Shown here: positions 13,653 through 26,885 of the stretch, one piece after another
Layout: each line of letters opens with the position of its first letter
Position numbering within the stretch: position 1 is the first letter of the stretch
Source: Eledone cirrhosa
Taxonomy: Eukaryota
Length of the DNA stretch: 64,000 nucleotides
Assembly: GCA_964016885.1 (NCBI GenBank)
Contig: OZ024746.1
Location: 39,928,001-39,992,000, forward strand
Direction: 5' to 3'
Notes under the pieces: generated by a model
What the model was told of the DNA's origin: nothing
Databases searched by the model: none
Seen by the model: the letters and a program-made list of their open reading frames with translations, nothing else
Program-made: the position numbers and the translations under genes

Positions 13653-14140
13653 TTGTTGCTGTTGTTGTTGTTGCTGGTGTTGTTAGTAGTGGCGGCGGCA
13701 ACGGTGGTGGTGGACGTCGTGGTCGTCGTGGCGGTGGTGGTAACGACAGTGATAGCTGCTGATGGTGATTGTGGTGATTTGCGGTGCTGGTGCTGGAGAA
13801 GGTGCTGGAGATGGCGTCGGCGGTGGTGGTGGTGGTGGCGGCGGTGGTAGTGTGGTGATGGTGGTAGTGTGGTGATGGCGGTGGTGTGGTTGTGGTGGCG
13901 GTGGTGGCGGTGGTGGCGGTGGTGGTGATGGCGGTGGTGTGGTTGTGGTGGCGGTGGTGGCGATGGTGGCGGTGGTGGTGTTGGTGGTGGTGGTGGTGGC
14001 GGTAGTGTGGTGATGGTGGTAGTGTGGTGATGGTGGTAGTGTGGTGATGGCGGTGGTGTAGTTGCGGTGGCGGTGGTGGCGATGGTGGTGGTGGTGGCGG
14101 TGGTGGTGTTGGTGGTGGTCGGCGTCACCGTATTGGTGGT
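13653..14140. repeat. (GGT/GGC)n degenerate trinucleotide repeat
   Basis: Directly visible. Confidence 0.9.
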
Positions 14141-14633
14141 TTTACTAGATTGCAAGCTTAAAAATAATGTTGGCTAGGGGCCAAACTGGTCATATCATTA
14201 TAGGAGGGATCTTTACTAAATCAGAATCCCATTCCAAAAGAATTATCGACATGTATATCGACACGACACGTCATCATTTGATAATTAAGTTATCAAGGTT
14301 TTTATTAGTTTATAACAATCACTAGTTATAAATATTAATTTTCTAATTTACTTTGGCATGAAGCCAAAACCATACATTTGCAAGGAAGAATATATATGTG
14401 TGTGTGCGCGCGCCCCTGTGTGTGTGTGTGTGTGTGTGTGCGTGTGTGTGTGTGTGTGTGTACATATACATATATATATATATATATGGGGAGTTAAGAC
14501 TAGTAAGGCTATTGTTCAACGTAAAAACTAAATACGACAGCAAGTTCGAAACTGAATCAGTTACCAGCTTCCTACCGAAACGGTAAGATCTCAGTCGTAG
14601 CGCAGAAAATCATTATGTATATATGTGTGTGTG

Positions 14634-14691
<58 letters not shown>

Positions 14692-14995
14692 TTCATCTCG
14701 AAAGGTCTTTTTTCTACGCGCTCATATATTCACCCAGCTTATGCTGACAGAATAACTATGTAGCTTGTGCCCTTCCTATCTACGGTTAGCTTTTCTCTTT
14801 GTTGTTTACTTGTCTCACTCGCTTTACGCGTTTTAATTGTCCTAATAACTTAATTTAGTTATTATTGCACCAACGTGAGGTATATAATTTTTAATGCAAT
14901 GAAATATCTATGATCGTTGGCAAATCACTGATGAGGGACTCATTTTATAACATGTTATCCATGTGCAACCTGCAGTATTCTTCTCCCCATTTTTT

Positions 14996-15061
<66 letters not shown>

Positions 15062-15181
15062 TATAGACATAGAATATTCGAAAATATTCTGTATGTTTAT
15101 AATAAACATTTTGAAGACCTAATCGCTATAGAATAGAATACGTCACGTATTACAATTAGATTCTCGATAAAAGCAAGGGAA

Positions 15182-15224
15182 GTAATCTACGCGTTTCATT
15201 CTCGTTAGAAATCATCAGGACTAC
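15182..15224 (-). ncRNA. minimal type I hammerhead ribozyme, first of 10 minus-strand copies (every 310 bp to 17972-18014)
   Basis: Reverse complement of gtagtc-CTGATGA-t-ttct aacg agaa-t-GAAA-cgcg-TA-gattac. Confidence 0.88.
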
Positions 15225-18185
15225 ATATCCAGTGCTTTTATCGAGAATGACACAGCTAGAGACTTATAGAATACTTAGCTGTGTACAGGAACTGGTTTGA
15301 AAGAGCGGTTGCCGGTCCGGCAGAAATTAGAAATTGGAATAAATGCTCTGAAATAGCGATATATATGTGAATATAGACATAGAATATTCGAAAATATTCT
15401 GTATGTTTATAATAAACATTTTGAAGACCTAATCGCTATAGAATAGAATACGTCACGTATTACAATTAGATTCTCGATAAAAGCAAGGGAAGTAATCTAC
15501 GCGTTTCATTCTCGTTAGAAATCATCAGGACTACATATCCAGTGCTTTTATCGAGAATGACACAGCTAGAGACTTATAGAATACTTAGCTGTGTACAGGA
15601 ACTGGTTTGAAAGAGCGGTTGCCGGTCCGGCAGAAATTAGAAATTGGAATAAATGCTCTGAAATAGCGATATATATGTGAATATAGACATAGAATATTCG
15701 AAAATATTCTGTATGTTTATAATAAACATTTTGAAGACCTAATCGCTATAGAATAGAATACGTCACGTATTACAATTAGATTCTCGATAAAAGCAAGGGA
15801 AGTAATCTACGCGTTTCATTCTCGTTAGAAATCATCAGGACTACATATCCAGTGCTTTTATCGAGAATGACACAGCTAGAGACTTATAGAATACTTAGCT
15901 GTGTACAGGAACTGGTTTGAAAGAGCGGTTGCCGGTCCGGCAGAAATTAGAAATTGGAATAAATGCTCTGAAATAGCGATATATATGTGAATATAGACAT
16001 AGAATATTCGAAAATATTCTGTATGTTTATAATAAACATTTTGAAGACCTAATCGCTATAGAATAGAATACGTCACGTATTACAATTAGATTCTCGATAA
16101 AAGCAAGGGAAGTAATCTACGCGTTTCATTCTCGTTAGAAATCATCAGGACTACATATCCAGTGCTTTTATCGAGAATGACACAGCTAGAGACTTATAGA
16201 ATACTTAGCTGTGTACAGGAACTGGTTTGAAAGAGCGGTTGCCGGTCCGGCAGAAATTAGAAATTGGAATAAATGCTCTGAAATAGCGATATATATGTGA
16301 ATATAGACATAGAATATTCGAAAATATTCTGTATGTTTATAATAAACATTTTGAAGACCTAATCGCTATAGAATAGAATACGTCACGTATTACAATTAGA
16401 TTCTCGATAAAAGCAAGGGAAGTAATCTACGCGTTTCATTCTCGTTAGAAATCATCAGGACTACATATCCAGTGCTTTTATCGAGAATGACACAGCTAGA
16501 GACTTATAGAATACTTAGCTGTGTACAGGAACTGGTTTGAAAGAGCGGTTGCCGGTCCGGCAGAAATTAGAAATTGGAATAAATGCTCTGAAATAGCGAT
16601 ATATATGTGAATATAGACATAGAATATTCGAAAATATTCTGTATGTTTATAATAAACATTTTGAAGACCTAATCGCTATAGAATAGAATACGTCACGTAT
16701 TACAATTAGATTCTCGATAAAAGCAAGGGAAGTAATCTACGCGTTTCATTCTCGTTAGAAATCATCAGGACTACATATCCAGTGCTTTTATCGAGAATGA
16801 CACAGCTAGAGACTTATAGAATACTTAGCTGTGTACAGGAACTGGTTTGAAAGAGCGGTTGCCGGTCCGGCAGAAATTAGAAATTGGAATAAATGCTCTG
16901 AAATAGCGATATATATGTGAATATAGACATAGAATATTCGAAAATATTCTGTATGTTTATAATAAACATTTTGAAGACCTAATCGCTATAGAATAGAATA
17001 CGTCACGTATTACAATTAGATTCTCGATAAAAGCAAGGGAAGTAATCTACGCGTTTCATTCTCGTTAGAAATCATCAGGACTACATATCCAGTGCTTTTA
17101 TCGAGAATGACACAGCTAGAGACTTATAGAATACTTAGCTGTGTACAGGAACTGGTTTGAAAGAGCGGTTGCCGGTCCGGCAGAAATTAGAAATTGGAAT
17201 AAATGCTCTGAAATAGCGATATATATGTGAATATAGACATAGAATATTCGAAAATATTCTGTATGTTTATAATAAACATTTTGAAGACCTAATCGCTATA
17301 GAATAGAATACGTCACGTATTACAATTAGATTCTCGATAAAAGCAAGGGAAGTAATCTACGCGTTTCATTCTCGTTAGAAATCATCAGGACTACATATCC
17401 AGTGCTTTTATCGAGAATGACACAGCTAGAGACTTATAGAATACTTAGCTGTGTACAGGAACTGGTTTGAAAGAGCGGTTGCCGGTCCGGCAGAAATTAG
17501 AAATTGGAATAAATGCTCTGAAATAGCGATATATATGTGAATATAGACATAGAATATTCGAAAATATTCTGTATGTTTATAATAAACATTTTGAAGACCT
17601 AATCGCTATAGAATAGAATACGTCACGTATTACAATTAGATTCTCGATAAAAGCAAGGGAAGTAATCTACGCGTTTCATTCTCGTTAGAAATCATCAGGA
17701 CTACATATCCAGTGCTTTTATCGAGAATGACACAGCTAGAGACTTATAGAATACTTAGCTGTGTACAGGAACTGGTTTGAAAGAGCGGTTGCCGGTCCGG
17801 CAGAAATTAGAAATTGGAATAAATGCTCTGAAATAGCGATATATATGTGAATATAGACATAGAATATTCGAAAATATTCTGTATGTTTATAATAAACATT
17901 TTGAAGACCTAATCGCTATAGAATAGAATACGTCACGTATTACAATTAGATTCTCGATAAAAGCAAGGGAAGTAATCTACGCGTTTCATTCTCGTTAGAA
18001 ATCATCAGGACTACATATCCAGTGCTTTTATCGAGAATGACACAGCTAGAGACTTATAGAATACTTAGCTGTGTACAGGAACTGGTTTGAAAGAGCGGTT
18101 GCCGGTCCGGCAGAAATTAGAAATTGGAATAAATGCTCTGAAATAGCGATATATATGTGAATATAGACATAAAAGCACTGGATAT

Positions 18186-18228
18186 GTAGTCCTGATGATT
18201 TCTAACGAGAATGAAACGCGTAGATTAC
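18186..18228 (+). ncRNA. minimal type I hammerhead ribozyme, first of 7 plus-strand copies (every 310 bp to 20046-20088)
   Basis: Stem I gtagtc/gattac, intact CUGAUGA and GAAA boxes, stem II ttct/agaa, palindromic cgcg stem III, GUA cleavage triplet (predicted cut after 18222). Confidence 0.88.
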
Positions 18229-20499
18229 TTCCCTTGCTTTTATCGAGAATCTAATTGTAATACGTGACGTATTCTATTCTATAGCGATTAGGTCTTCAAA
18301 ATGTTTATTATAAACATACAGAATATTTTCGAATATTCTATGTCTATATTCACATATATATCGCTATTTCAGAGCATTTATTCCAATTTCTAATTTCTGC
18401 CGGACCGGCAACCGCTCTTTCAAACCAGTTCCTGTACACAGCTAAGTATTCTATAAGTCTCTAGCTGTGTCATTCTCGATAAAAGCACTGGATATGTAGT
18501 CCTGATGATTTCTAACGAGAATGAAACGCGTAGATTACTTCCCTTGCTTTTATCGAGAATCTAATTGTAATACGTGACGTATTCTATTCTATAGCGATTA
18601 GGTCTTCAAAATGTTTATTATAAACATACAGAATATTTTCGAATATTCTATGTCTATATTCACATATATATCGCTATTTCAGAGCATTTATTCCAATTTC
18701 TAATTTCTGCCGGACCGGCAACCGCTCTTTCAAACCAGTTCCTGTACACAGCTAAGTATTCTATAAGTCTCTAGCTGTGTCATTCTCGATAAAAGCACTG
18801 GATATGTAGTCCTGATGATTTCTAACGAGAATGAAACGCGTAGATTACTTCCCTTGCTTTTATCGAGAATCTAATTGTAATACGTGACGTATTCTATTCT
18901 ATAGCGATTAGGTCTTCAAAATGTTTATTATAAACATACAGAATATTTTCGAATATTCTATGTCTATATTCACATATATATCGCTATTTCAGAGCATTTA
19001 TTCCAATTTCTAATTTCTGCCGGACCGGCAACCGCTCTTTCAAACCAGTTCCTGTACACAGCTAAGTATTCTATAAGTCTCTAGCTGTGTCATTCTCGAT
19101 AAAAGCACTGGATATGTAGTCCTGATGATTTCTAACGAGAATGAAACGCGTAGATTACTTCCCTTGCTTTTATCGAGAATCTAATTGTAATACGTGACGT
19201 ATTCTATTCTATAGCGATTAGGTCTTCAAAATGTTTATTATAAACATACAGAATATTTTCGAATATTCTATGTCTATATTCACATATATATCGCTATTTC
19301 AGAGCATTTATTCCAATTTCTAATTTCTGCCGGACCGGCAACCGCTCTTTCAAACCAGTTCCTGTACACAGCTAAGTATTCTATAAGTCTCTAGCTGTGT
19401 CATTCTCGATAAAAGCACTGGATATGTAGTCCTGATGATTTCTAACGAGAATGAAACGCGTAGATTACTTCCCTTGCTTTTATCGAGAATCTAATTGTAA
19501 TACGTGACGTATTCTATTCTATAGCGATTAGGTCTTCAAAATGTTTATTATAAACATACAGAATATTTTCGAATATTCTATGTCTATATTCACATATATA
19601 TCGCTATTTCAGAGCATTTATTCCAATTTCTAATTTCTGCCGGACCGGCAACCGCTCTTTCAAACCAGTTCCTGTACACAGCTAAGTATTCTATAAGTCT
19701 CTAGCTGTGTCATTCTCGATAAAAGCACTGGATATGTAGTCCTGATGATTTCTAACGAGAATGAAACGCGTAGATTACTTCCCTTGCTTTTATCGAGAAT
19801 CTAATTGTAATACGTGACGTATTCTATTCTATAGCGATTAGGTCTTCAAAATGTTTATTATAAACATACAGAATATTTTCGAATATTCTATGTCTATATT
19901 CACATATATATCGCTATTTCAGAGCATTTATTCCAATTTCTAATTTCTGCCGGACCGGCAACCGCTCTTTCAAACCAGTTCCTGTACACAGCTAAGTATT
20001 CTATAAGTCTCTAGCTGTGTCATTCTCGATAAAAGCACTGGATATGTAGTCCTGATGATTTCTAACGAGAATGAAACGCGTAGATTACTTCCCTTGCTTT
20101 TATCGAGAATCTAATTGTAATACGTGACGTATTCTATTCTATAGCGATTAGGTCTTCAAAATGTTTATTATAAACATACAGAATATTTTCGAATATTCTA
20201 TGTCTATATTCACATATATATCGCTATTTCAGAGCATTTATTCCAATATATATATATATATATTTATATATATACACACATATAGTAAATGAAGTATTTA
20301 TATTTCCATGTAGACGCACATATACATATGTGTGAACGTATATGTTTACGTACTATTACGTATATGCGTGAGTTTGTGTATGTGTATATTTATGTATTTG
20401 GATTTTTTTCCCCTCAATTTATGCCCTTATTTTATATCAGCCTCACTTTCATTTATCCTAAATTCTGTTTTCAAATCCATATCACTATTCCATAATAAA

Positions 20500-20559
20500 T
20501 ATTTTTTCTGATGACAGACATAAGTATCTGTCTTCAAGAAACCATTGGTAAATGAAATA
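20500..20559 (+). ncRNA. hammerhead-like motif in PLE-type terminal repeat remnant
   Basis: tatttttt-CTGATGA-c-agaca..tgtct-tcaa-GAAA-ccattgg-TA-aatgaaata; downstream sequence matches that of 11289-11372. Confidence 0.6.
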
Positions 20560-20593
20560 ATTATCTTATGTTGTTTATTACATAACTATATAT

Positions 20594-21046
20594 AGGGCAA
20601 AGGAGCTCTTAAGAGTCAATTGCCATCCAAAATCACCGGGAGAGATGACCCCTTAGCCTTTGTCAAGGCAGAATTCTAGGAGAAGGAAAACTCTGATATA
20701 ACACCTGCAACCCTGATGGTATCCAATGATGTTGACTTGTTCTTCTTTTTGGTAAATATCATCTTGGGTTAAGAGAGTGGGACTGGCTTTGTGCAGTGCC
20801 TTTGCTCACTATAAAAGCTTCACGGCACAGGCATTGCTTTATATCTGGAGATCTCTCTACACTTGTCGTCACATGGTACCATGGGCCCAGCACTATGTAT
20901 CAATAGTTGTCACAAGTGTAGTGTTTGTACCAGAGTTTTCAAGTCGCTGGCTGGACTAAAAGTCACACTTGTTTAGCGCATCGGTAGGGGTTCTCCTACA
21001 TGGATATAAAGTAGTGGCCGTACTCGAAAACGAGTTGGCAGCCACC
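20594..21046 (+). mobile_element. degenerate RTE-derived bipartite element
   Basis: RTE 5'UTR-like ctaggagaaggaaaactctga and a C-terminal zinc-finger-like remnant HKCSVCTRVFKSLAGLK. Confidence 0.4.
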
Positions 21047-21229
21047 ATATATATATATATATTATATAAATTTTGAGTATATGTTGGTTGTATATAAACA
21101 CCTCAGTATGCAGATTGGAGCACTCGACGAAGTGCGCAGGTTGGTTTGGTTACTCCGGAGTAATGTAAAATAAAATAAAATAAATAAGTCGAATGTTTAA
21201 AATTTGGCTTCGTTTACTACTTTATATAG

Positions 21230-21313
<84 letters not shown>

Positions 21314-21360
21314 CTGTGTGTGTGTATGTGGGTATATATATATGTATGGGTATATACATG

Positions 21361-21460
<100 letters not shown>

Positions 21461-21471
21461 AGTGTGTGTGT

Positions 21472-21532
<61 letters not shown>

Positions 21533-21621
21533 CCCGGGTTTAATCGGGGTAACCACGGTAAGTAAGGTACTCAATACAGTGCAGAATACTATGTATATTA
21601 TAGGCTATTTACATTTTAATC

Positions 21622-21697
<76 letters not shown>

Positions 21698-23478
21698 GAT
21701 TAAAATGTAAACAATAGACAGATTGGCACATAAAAAATAGAGTCGCTTAAAATAAAAGTATATTACGGGGAGGATTCTCCCAGAAATGAGTGAGGGACCA
21801 GGTGCGCACCAGGGCAGGTTGATAGCTGAGAGTTCACAGCTCGTTCCCTTAGCAAAGCTTACGAAACTCTGCGCAATACGGGACCAAGCTGAATGAGAAT
21901 CACAAGGAACCAAGGAACCACATGGAAGCAGCAGAGAAGTCATCTAAATGGCTCTAGCTGAAGAGAAGTGACCAATGGTGCCAGTAGTATATATATGACA
22001 CCTGGACACATACTGAGGCATGATCAACCTCGGTTGGGCCACCTGGATAAGGGTTCAAGTTGTAAGAACCGAAACACCCAGTGACTCCAGGATTTCACAC
22101 TGAGGATGTGTCGAAGTTTTTTGCATCCGTAGATATATGAAGAACTTGGACTTAAGTAAATTTGATGATTATGCATGGTCTCGGGGGTTGGCGTGAACAA
22201 GACCACATCATCTAATGTGTCCTTCCTGTTTTTGTAAGATGTAGGATTTAATTCAACGGCCACGTTGAATAAGGCTCCTTTGTTCGCTCTTTAATTTTAA
22301 ATGATGATTAAATATTTCGACAAACGCTTTATTGACGGCAAGAAATATAATTCTCTAATTCTTCTCACAGAAAGATTGGAGTATTGTGTAATATGCAATA
22401 CAGCCACTCCACACTAAACGACGATGTCTAACAACCGCTCACACAATCATAAATTTGTTTATATATACTATCTATATTATAGGCTACATACTTTTAAATT
22501 TTCTTTTGTGTATTTTTTATGTTACGTAGATTTGTCAGTCTTTAATTAATCTTTTAAAGTTTTAAAATAATGTTTTATGTTTGTAGGAATTTTTCAAAAG
22601 AAAACATATTTACAGTTAGTAAATATGTCCATTAGACTCTCACGAATTTAATGTGAAACTAATACAATTCACATTCTATCACTTGTCAGGTGATATTGAA
22701 ATAAAACCTAAATACATTTTATAATTTAAGTATTTGTTGTCATATCCGAGGTTTTGAGAGATATAAATTCATGTATAAATACCTTGGAGTAACCAACAAG
22801 GTATTAGTTAAGCATGTAGTATCGAATGAATAGAAGTAAACATACACACACATGTACACCAGGTCCGAACACAGAGGAGCCAAACTCCCACTGTTATCGC
22901 CTCAGTTTCTCTTTCCCTCCCCATCTCTCACTATTATGAGCAAATGAGGTCCCACGCGCTGGAACAACCCACGGCCCCGCTGGACAGAATAGAGAAAGCT
23001 TTTCCCCGGAGGAGGGTGAGGGAGATGTGCTGGAAGAGCCATCTTGGAACAGAACCTAGTTGTTAAGTGATAAGTTTGTTTACAGAGTAATTCGCTTGGG
23101 GACCTGGTCGGTAGAACGTAACCGTGTCGTTAAGAGAGCTGTAACTGCATTCCATATATTCTCATTGGATATAGCATGAAACAACCTTACACTGGAATGT
23201 TTCAATATTTGAATTCTCATAAAACAATACGATTGAAACAGATGCTATGCAAACGTTATAAAGAAAATGGCTTCAATTGAAATATTTGGGTGTTTGTCTA
23301 TAAAGATCTAATTCCATACCTTATCGGTGAAATCGTATATAGCAATGACATATACGGCACCATTATATTCAGGAAATATGTTTTTTTTCTACCACCCCTC
23401 ACTCTAGGGGCAGTAAAATATAATAGCAGGAAGAAGCGGGTGTGTATGTGTGTCTGTGTGTGTCGGTGTATTTATAAA

Positions 23479-23510
<32 letters not shown>

Positions 23511-24720
23511 AATACACACACACACACGCACTCATGTATGAGTGTATTTATATATATATGAAAAAAGATACTACTAAACTTAGGATTTAAATGTTTTTAT
23601 ACGTTGAAACTTTGTTTTATGTATATATGTTAAGCTTAACAAATATGTATAATAAAGTATCAACGAGGATTTGCTTGGTTTCAAATTCTATACAATGAAT
23701 GTTTGGTTGTTTGGACGATATTTAACATATTTGTCAGAGAATTGGCAGAGTTGTTAGAACGTTAGTATTTGTTCCGCTCTCTAGGCTCCAAATTCAACTC
23801 CATCAAACGCCAAGTTTGCCTTTCATCCATTGGGGTCAATAAATAAAGTATCAGTCTTGGAGCAGTGGATTGGAGGAATTCCCAATGAGTCGGACAGTTT
23901 CTTTGCGATATCTGACCCACCCGGTTCTGTGCCTTCTGAGTTCAAATACCGCCTTTTTCTACCGGGAATTTCGACCGGTAGATAGTAGCAGCAGTGTATT
24001 TATGTATGCTCCTGTAAATCCTGATAGAGTCGTAGGGGCGCCGTATTGACATACGGCGTTTCTTGCACATTTTAAGCCTGGCGGAGCCCATCCCTCTCCA
24101 GGCCTGAGAACAGCAGATTTCTTCCAGAGAAAGATAGAAAATGAGAGATGAAATGCGAAAGAGATATAGAGGAAGAATTGACCCCAGTACTAGACTGGTA
24201 CTTATTTTTATCGACCTCAAAAGGATGAAAGGAAAAGTTGTCCAGGGCGGGATTTGAACTCATAGAGGAGAGAGCTGGACCGAATACCGAATACCGACGT
24301 TCTAACGACTCTGTCAATTTAGTCACTTAGTAGCAACAATAGAAAGACCAATGAAAACAGTTTCCTTGGTGCAATCTAATTATTGACTCTTTTCCTTTAA
24401 GATGCTTAGATTACATTAAATGCTGCATTTTGTTAAATAATCATTCGAGATATTCATTTAGCAATTATACTCCCCTTCAGATTATCAAAATATGTTGTGT
24501 TTAAGATGTGACGTCTGTGTGCAAAGTATATATTAAGTGTATGTCATATATGTATAGATGTATACATTAACATTGTGACTGTGTGGTCTTGATAAACGCT
24601 CACAAGCGAGAAACAGACGATGCAATGCACCAGGTAGGGAAGGGATTTTATTTAACTTCACTGAGATGTGACTTTGGCAGAACTAGTTCTGTTCATTCGA
24701 AACATATATGCACTCTTTTA

Positions 24721-24794
24721 CAGGTGTCCCAAAAAGATGTATACACATATTTATTGGAATGGTGTTGAAGTGTGCATACATTTTTGGAGAGGCA

Positions 24795-24797
<3 letters not shown>
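24721..24797. mobile_element. small Tc1/mariner-type MITE
   Basis: Imperfect TIRs caggtgtcccaaaaagatgtatacac / gtgtgcatacatttttggagaggcactg flanked by TA. Confidence 0.5.
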
Positions 24798-24856
<59 letters not shown>

Positions 24857-24862
<6 letters not shown>

Positions 24863-25206
24863 GTGAGGTTTTTTTAACAAAATGAAAAATAACCGGTGTC
24901 CTACACGAGTGAAAGTATAAAGAAAAAAAGATGAAATAGAAAATGCAACTGGAGTCTTATTTTTTTTTTAAATATATATATTTATTTGGTTCCTTTACCG
25001 GTTTCGCAGTTCTTCTGCTTTTCAAAAGTTGAGATGGGGGGTCTGTGGTTTTTCTTACATCTGATGTGAGAAAAACCACAGACCCTCCATCTCAACTCTA
25101 CTTTTGAAAAGCAGAAGAACTGCGAAACCGGTAAAGGAACCAAATAAATATATATATATTTTTTTTAAATAAGACTCCAGTTGAATTTTCGATTTCATCT
25201 TTTTTT

Positions 25207-25213
<7 letters not shown>
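24857..25213. mobile_element. PLE-type palindrome with left tail, in (AT)n
   Basis: Arms ~24916-25060 and ~25064-25213; tail 24857-24915; variant HHR in each arm. Confidence 0.75.
25101..25136 (+). ncRNA. minimal hammerhead ribozyme with U3-A8 core (mirror at 24993-25028, minus)
   Basis: ctt-TTGAAAA-gcag aagaa ctgc-GAAA-ccgg-TA-aag. Confidence 0.65.
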
Positions 25214-25271
<58 letters not shown>

Positions 25272-25273
<2 letters not shown>

Positions 25274-25401
25274 GATGATTTCTCACGAATGAAACAGTTC
25301 TAGTCCTGTAGAAGCTCTTCTATATTAAAACTGTTATACTCTGCTATGTATTGAGTACCTTACTTACTGTGGTTACCGCCTATTCAACCCAGAATAACTT
25401 T
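25272..25401 (+). mobile_element. PLE-type 3' stub truncated inside the HHR core, with tail
   Basis: TGATGA-t-ttc tcac gaa-t-GAAA-cagttc-TA; tail ttgagtaccttacttactgtggttacc also seen reversed at ~21528-21580. Confidence 0.55.
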
Positions 25402-25770
<369 letters not shown>

Positions 25771-25940
25771 ATATATATATATATATTAGGTTATGCAAGA
25801 AATGCTTAGGATTATCCTGAATGCAGTAATGGTTAATTACTACACATAGCATGACTGGGCTGTGTAACTACTGTTGAAACATTTGTAAGCACTCGGAATA
25901 AATTACCTTTTTATGATGTCTACCTGTTTTATTATTCATT

Positions 25941-26013
<73 letters not shown>

Positions 26014-26016
26014 TAT

Positions 26017-26521
26017 GGGTGGCAAAGGAGACTTAAAGATCTCCTTAATGAGAGCTCCATAGACCTCATCATGTACTCTCGTAGACGATATCAATATAGT
26101 TATAAGAACATCCCCACTAGAGAGCAGTAACAAGTTTGATTTAGAACGTAGCACAATGGAAAGCATCCAGCAGATAGCTAATTCCATACACCAGAGTATA
26201 ACTGTAACTATCGACTACCCTTCCAAACACCCTAACAATAGACTACCTGTATTAGACACAGAACTCTGGATTAACACTATAGACGAGAGACCCCAAATTC
26301 TCCACTCACACTATGCTAAACCCATGGCCTCCAAATACCTGATACTCAAAAACTCACCAATGTCCAGTAGTGCTAAGTTTAATATTCTGATCGCAGATTT
26401 GGTACGAGTGATGAAGAATGTGTCCCGCATGTGCGACCCAACAGAAATGGAAAAACACATCCAACACTTCATCAACCGCATGCAGTTCTCTGGCTACAAC
26501 CAAAGAGACAGAGTCAGATAA
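26017..26521 (+). pseudogene. Neptune-type Penelope-like element reverse transcriptase fragment
   Basis: VDDINIV (YVDD region disrupted upstream), TIDYPSKHPNNRLPVLD, HYAKPMASK, LVRVMKNVS and FINRMQFSGY, which are PLE RT core and thumb motifs; starts at an (AT)n tract. Confidence 0.85.
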
Positions 26522-26621
26522 AATGACAAGTCAGTCAATCATATTGGTGGCTTCCCCACAGCCCCGGCGGACAGAATGGAGAAGGCGTTTCCCCGGAGGA
26601 CGACAAGGGTGACGCGCTGGA

Positions 26622-26885
26622 ATAGTAGGTTTATAAGTATGAATTTTCATAAGATTTTTCGTAGTTGTCTCTGTGGCCTAGCGGTAATTACTAGAGACGG
26701 TGGAGCTCCTTTCCTTGGGTTCAATCTTGGTCAAGAAGTACATGTAATCTTCTTCAGTTTTTATTTTACAACCCATAGAAAAAAACTGAAAAGGTTTACT
26801 GGGAACCCTACTCTCGACCAGGATCGAACTTCTGACCAGGATCCCCACCGTCTATGATTCCTCCAAATAGGCCACCGAGACAGTT
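26622..26885. repeat. module with two convergent tRNA-like sequences; reversed copy of 43805-44106
   Basis: tggcctagcgg...ggttcaatc on plus and tggcctatttgg...gttcgatcc on minus. Confidence 0.6.

Larger units (their letters stand above)
15058..20247. mobile_element. retrozyme-like tandem array: 310-bp monomers each with a hammerhead ribozyme, in two inverted arms, inserted in (AT)n
   Basis: atatagacatagaatattcg recurs at 15061, 15371 ... 17851 (period 310; 10 copies plus a 10-bp remnant). From 18171 the same unit runs inverted (18171, 18481 ... 20031; ~6.7 copies). No differences between copies seen by eye; (AT)n on both sides. Confidence 0.9.

Noticed and set aside
15058-20247. CRISPR array or ordinary centromeric satellite
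   Set aside because: There are no unique spacers and no cas genes. The HHR in every unit, the twin-arm inversion and the PLE-like ends are not explained by a simple satellite.
21720-22263. R2-like RT remnant (DDVVLF)
   Set aside because: Too degenerate to confirm by eye; needs BLASTx.
22853-23190. Solo LTR (TG...CA; similar segment at ~26555-26622)
   Set aside because: No target-site duplication or primer-binding site found; only a dispersed repeat of unknown class can be supported.
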